From: Polaromonas sp.
Lineage (GTDB): Bacteria; Pseudomonadota; Gammaproteobacteria; Burkholderiales; Burkholderiaceae_C
Assembly (NCBI GenBank): GCA_046154065.1
Contig: JBJXEI010000125.1
Coordinates: forward strand, 43,285-107,284
Reading direction: 5' to 3'
Length of the DNA stretch: 64,000 nt
Shown: piece after piece, positions 63,852-64,000 of the stretch
Layout of the letters: each line of letters begins with the position of its first letter
Numbering within the stretch: position 1 is the first letter of the stretch
Notes under the pieces: model-generated
The model's input: the letters and a program-made list of their open reading frames with translations, nothing else
Databases searched by the model: none
Told to the model about the DNA's origin: nothing
Position numbers and translations under genes: made by a program

Positions 63852-64000
63852 TGTTTTTTATTCGTCGAGGGGGCTGAAGCGGCAGATGCAGCCGCAGGTG
63901 GGGCGCTGCTGTCGGCAGCTTTGCTGTAGAGAAATTGGCTGATCAGGTTTTCAAGGACCACAGCGGACTGGGTTTGTTTGACCACATCTCCGGCAGCCAG
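63848..64000 (-). CDS. mlaD: MCE-domain protein, C-terminal fragment at window edge
   Basis: Manual translation LAAGDVVKQTQSAVVLENLISQFLYSKAA...KKQ*; stop overlaps the mlaA start. Confidence 0.85.
   Translation of the reverse strand: MAAGDVVKQTQSAVVLENLISQFLYSKAADSSAPPAAASAASAPSTNKKQ

Overview
GC-rich betaproteobacterial chromosome segment; gene order and protein signatures point to Comamonadaceae (Acidovorax/Rhodoferax-like, inferred). Most of it is conserved housekeeping backbone: ugpBAECQ, hemA-prfA-prmC-grxD, pilBCD-coaE-zapD-yacG, ispB, rplU-rpmA-obgE-proB, rppH, proS, secA-argJ, tRNA-Thr(TGT), petABC-sspAB, mscL, pdxA, a DegQ-like protease, tatABC, the his operon, murA and the mla genes. 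The exception is a ~9.4 kb nine-gene accessory block (41976-51342) inserted in the his operon between hisF and hisI. It encodes a divergent ECF-like sigma factor; a coupled membrane-anchored putative anti-sigma whose cytoplasmic domain looks MazF/CalpT-like; a stand-alone copy of that protein's periplasmic domain; a STAS-less SulP-like membrane protein; a CHASE2 receptor with no output domain; a secreted DUF928-like protein; a caspase (C14) lipoprotein with an intact His-Cys dyad; and two envelope proteins. I propose this as a candidate CRISPR-independent protease/anti-sigma/sigma envelope signalling system. A ~62 bp AT-hairpin repeat occurs eight times, twice in frame inside protein-coding genes. 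I saw no CRISPR array, integrase, transposase or rRNA. All family assignments are by-eye motif recognition, not database searches.
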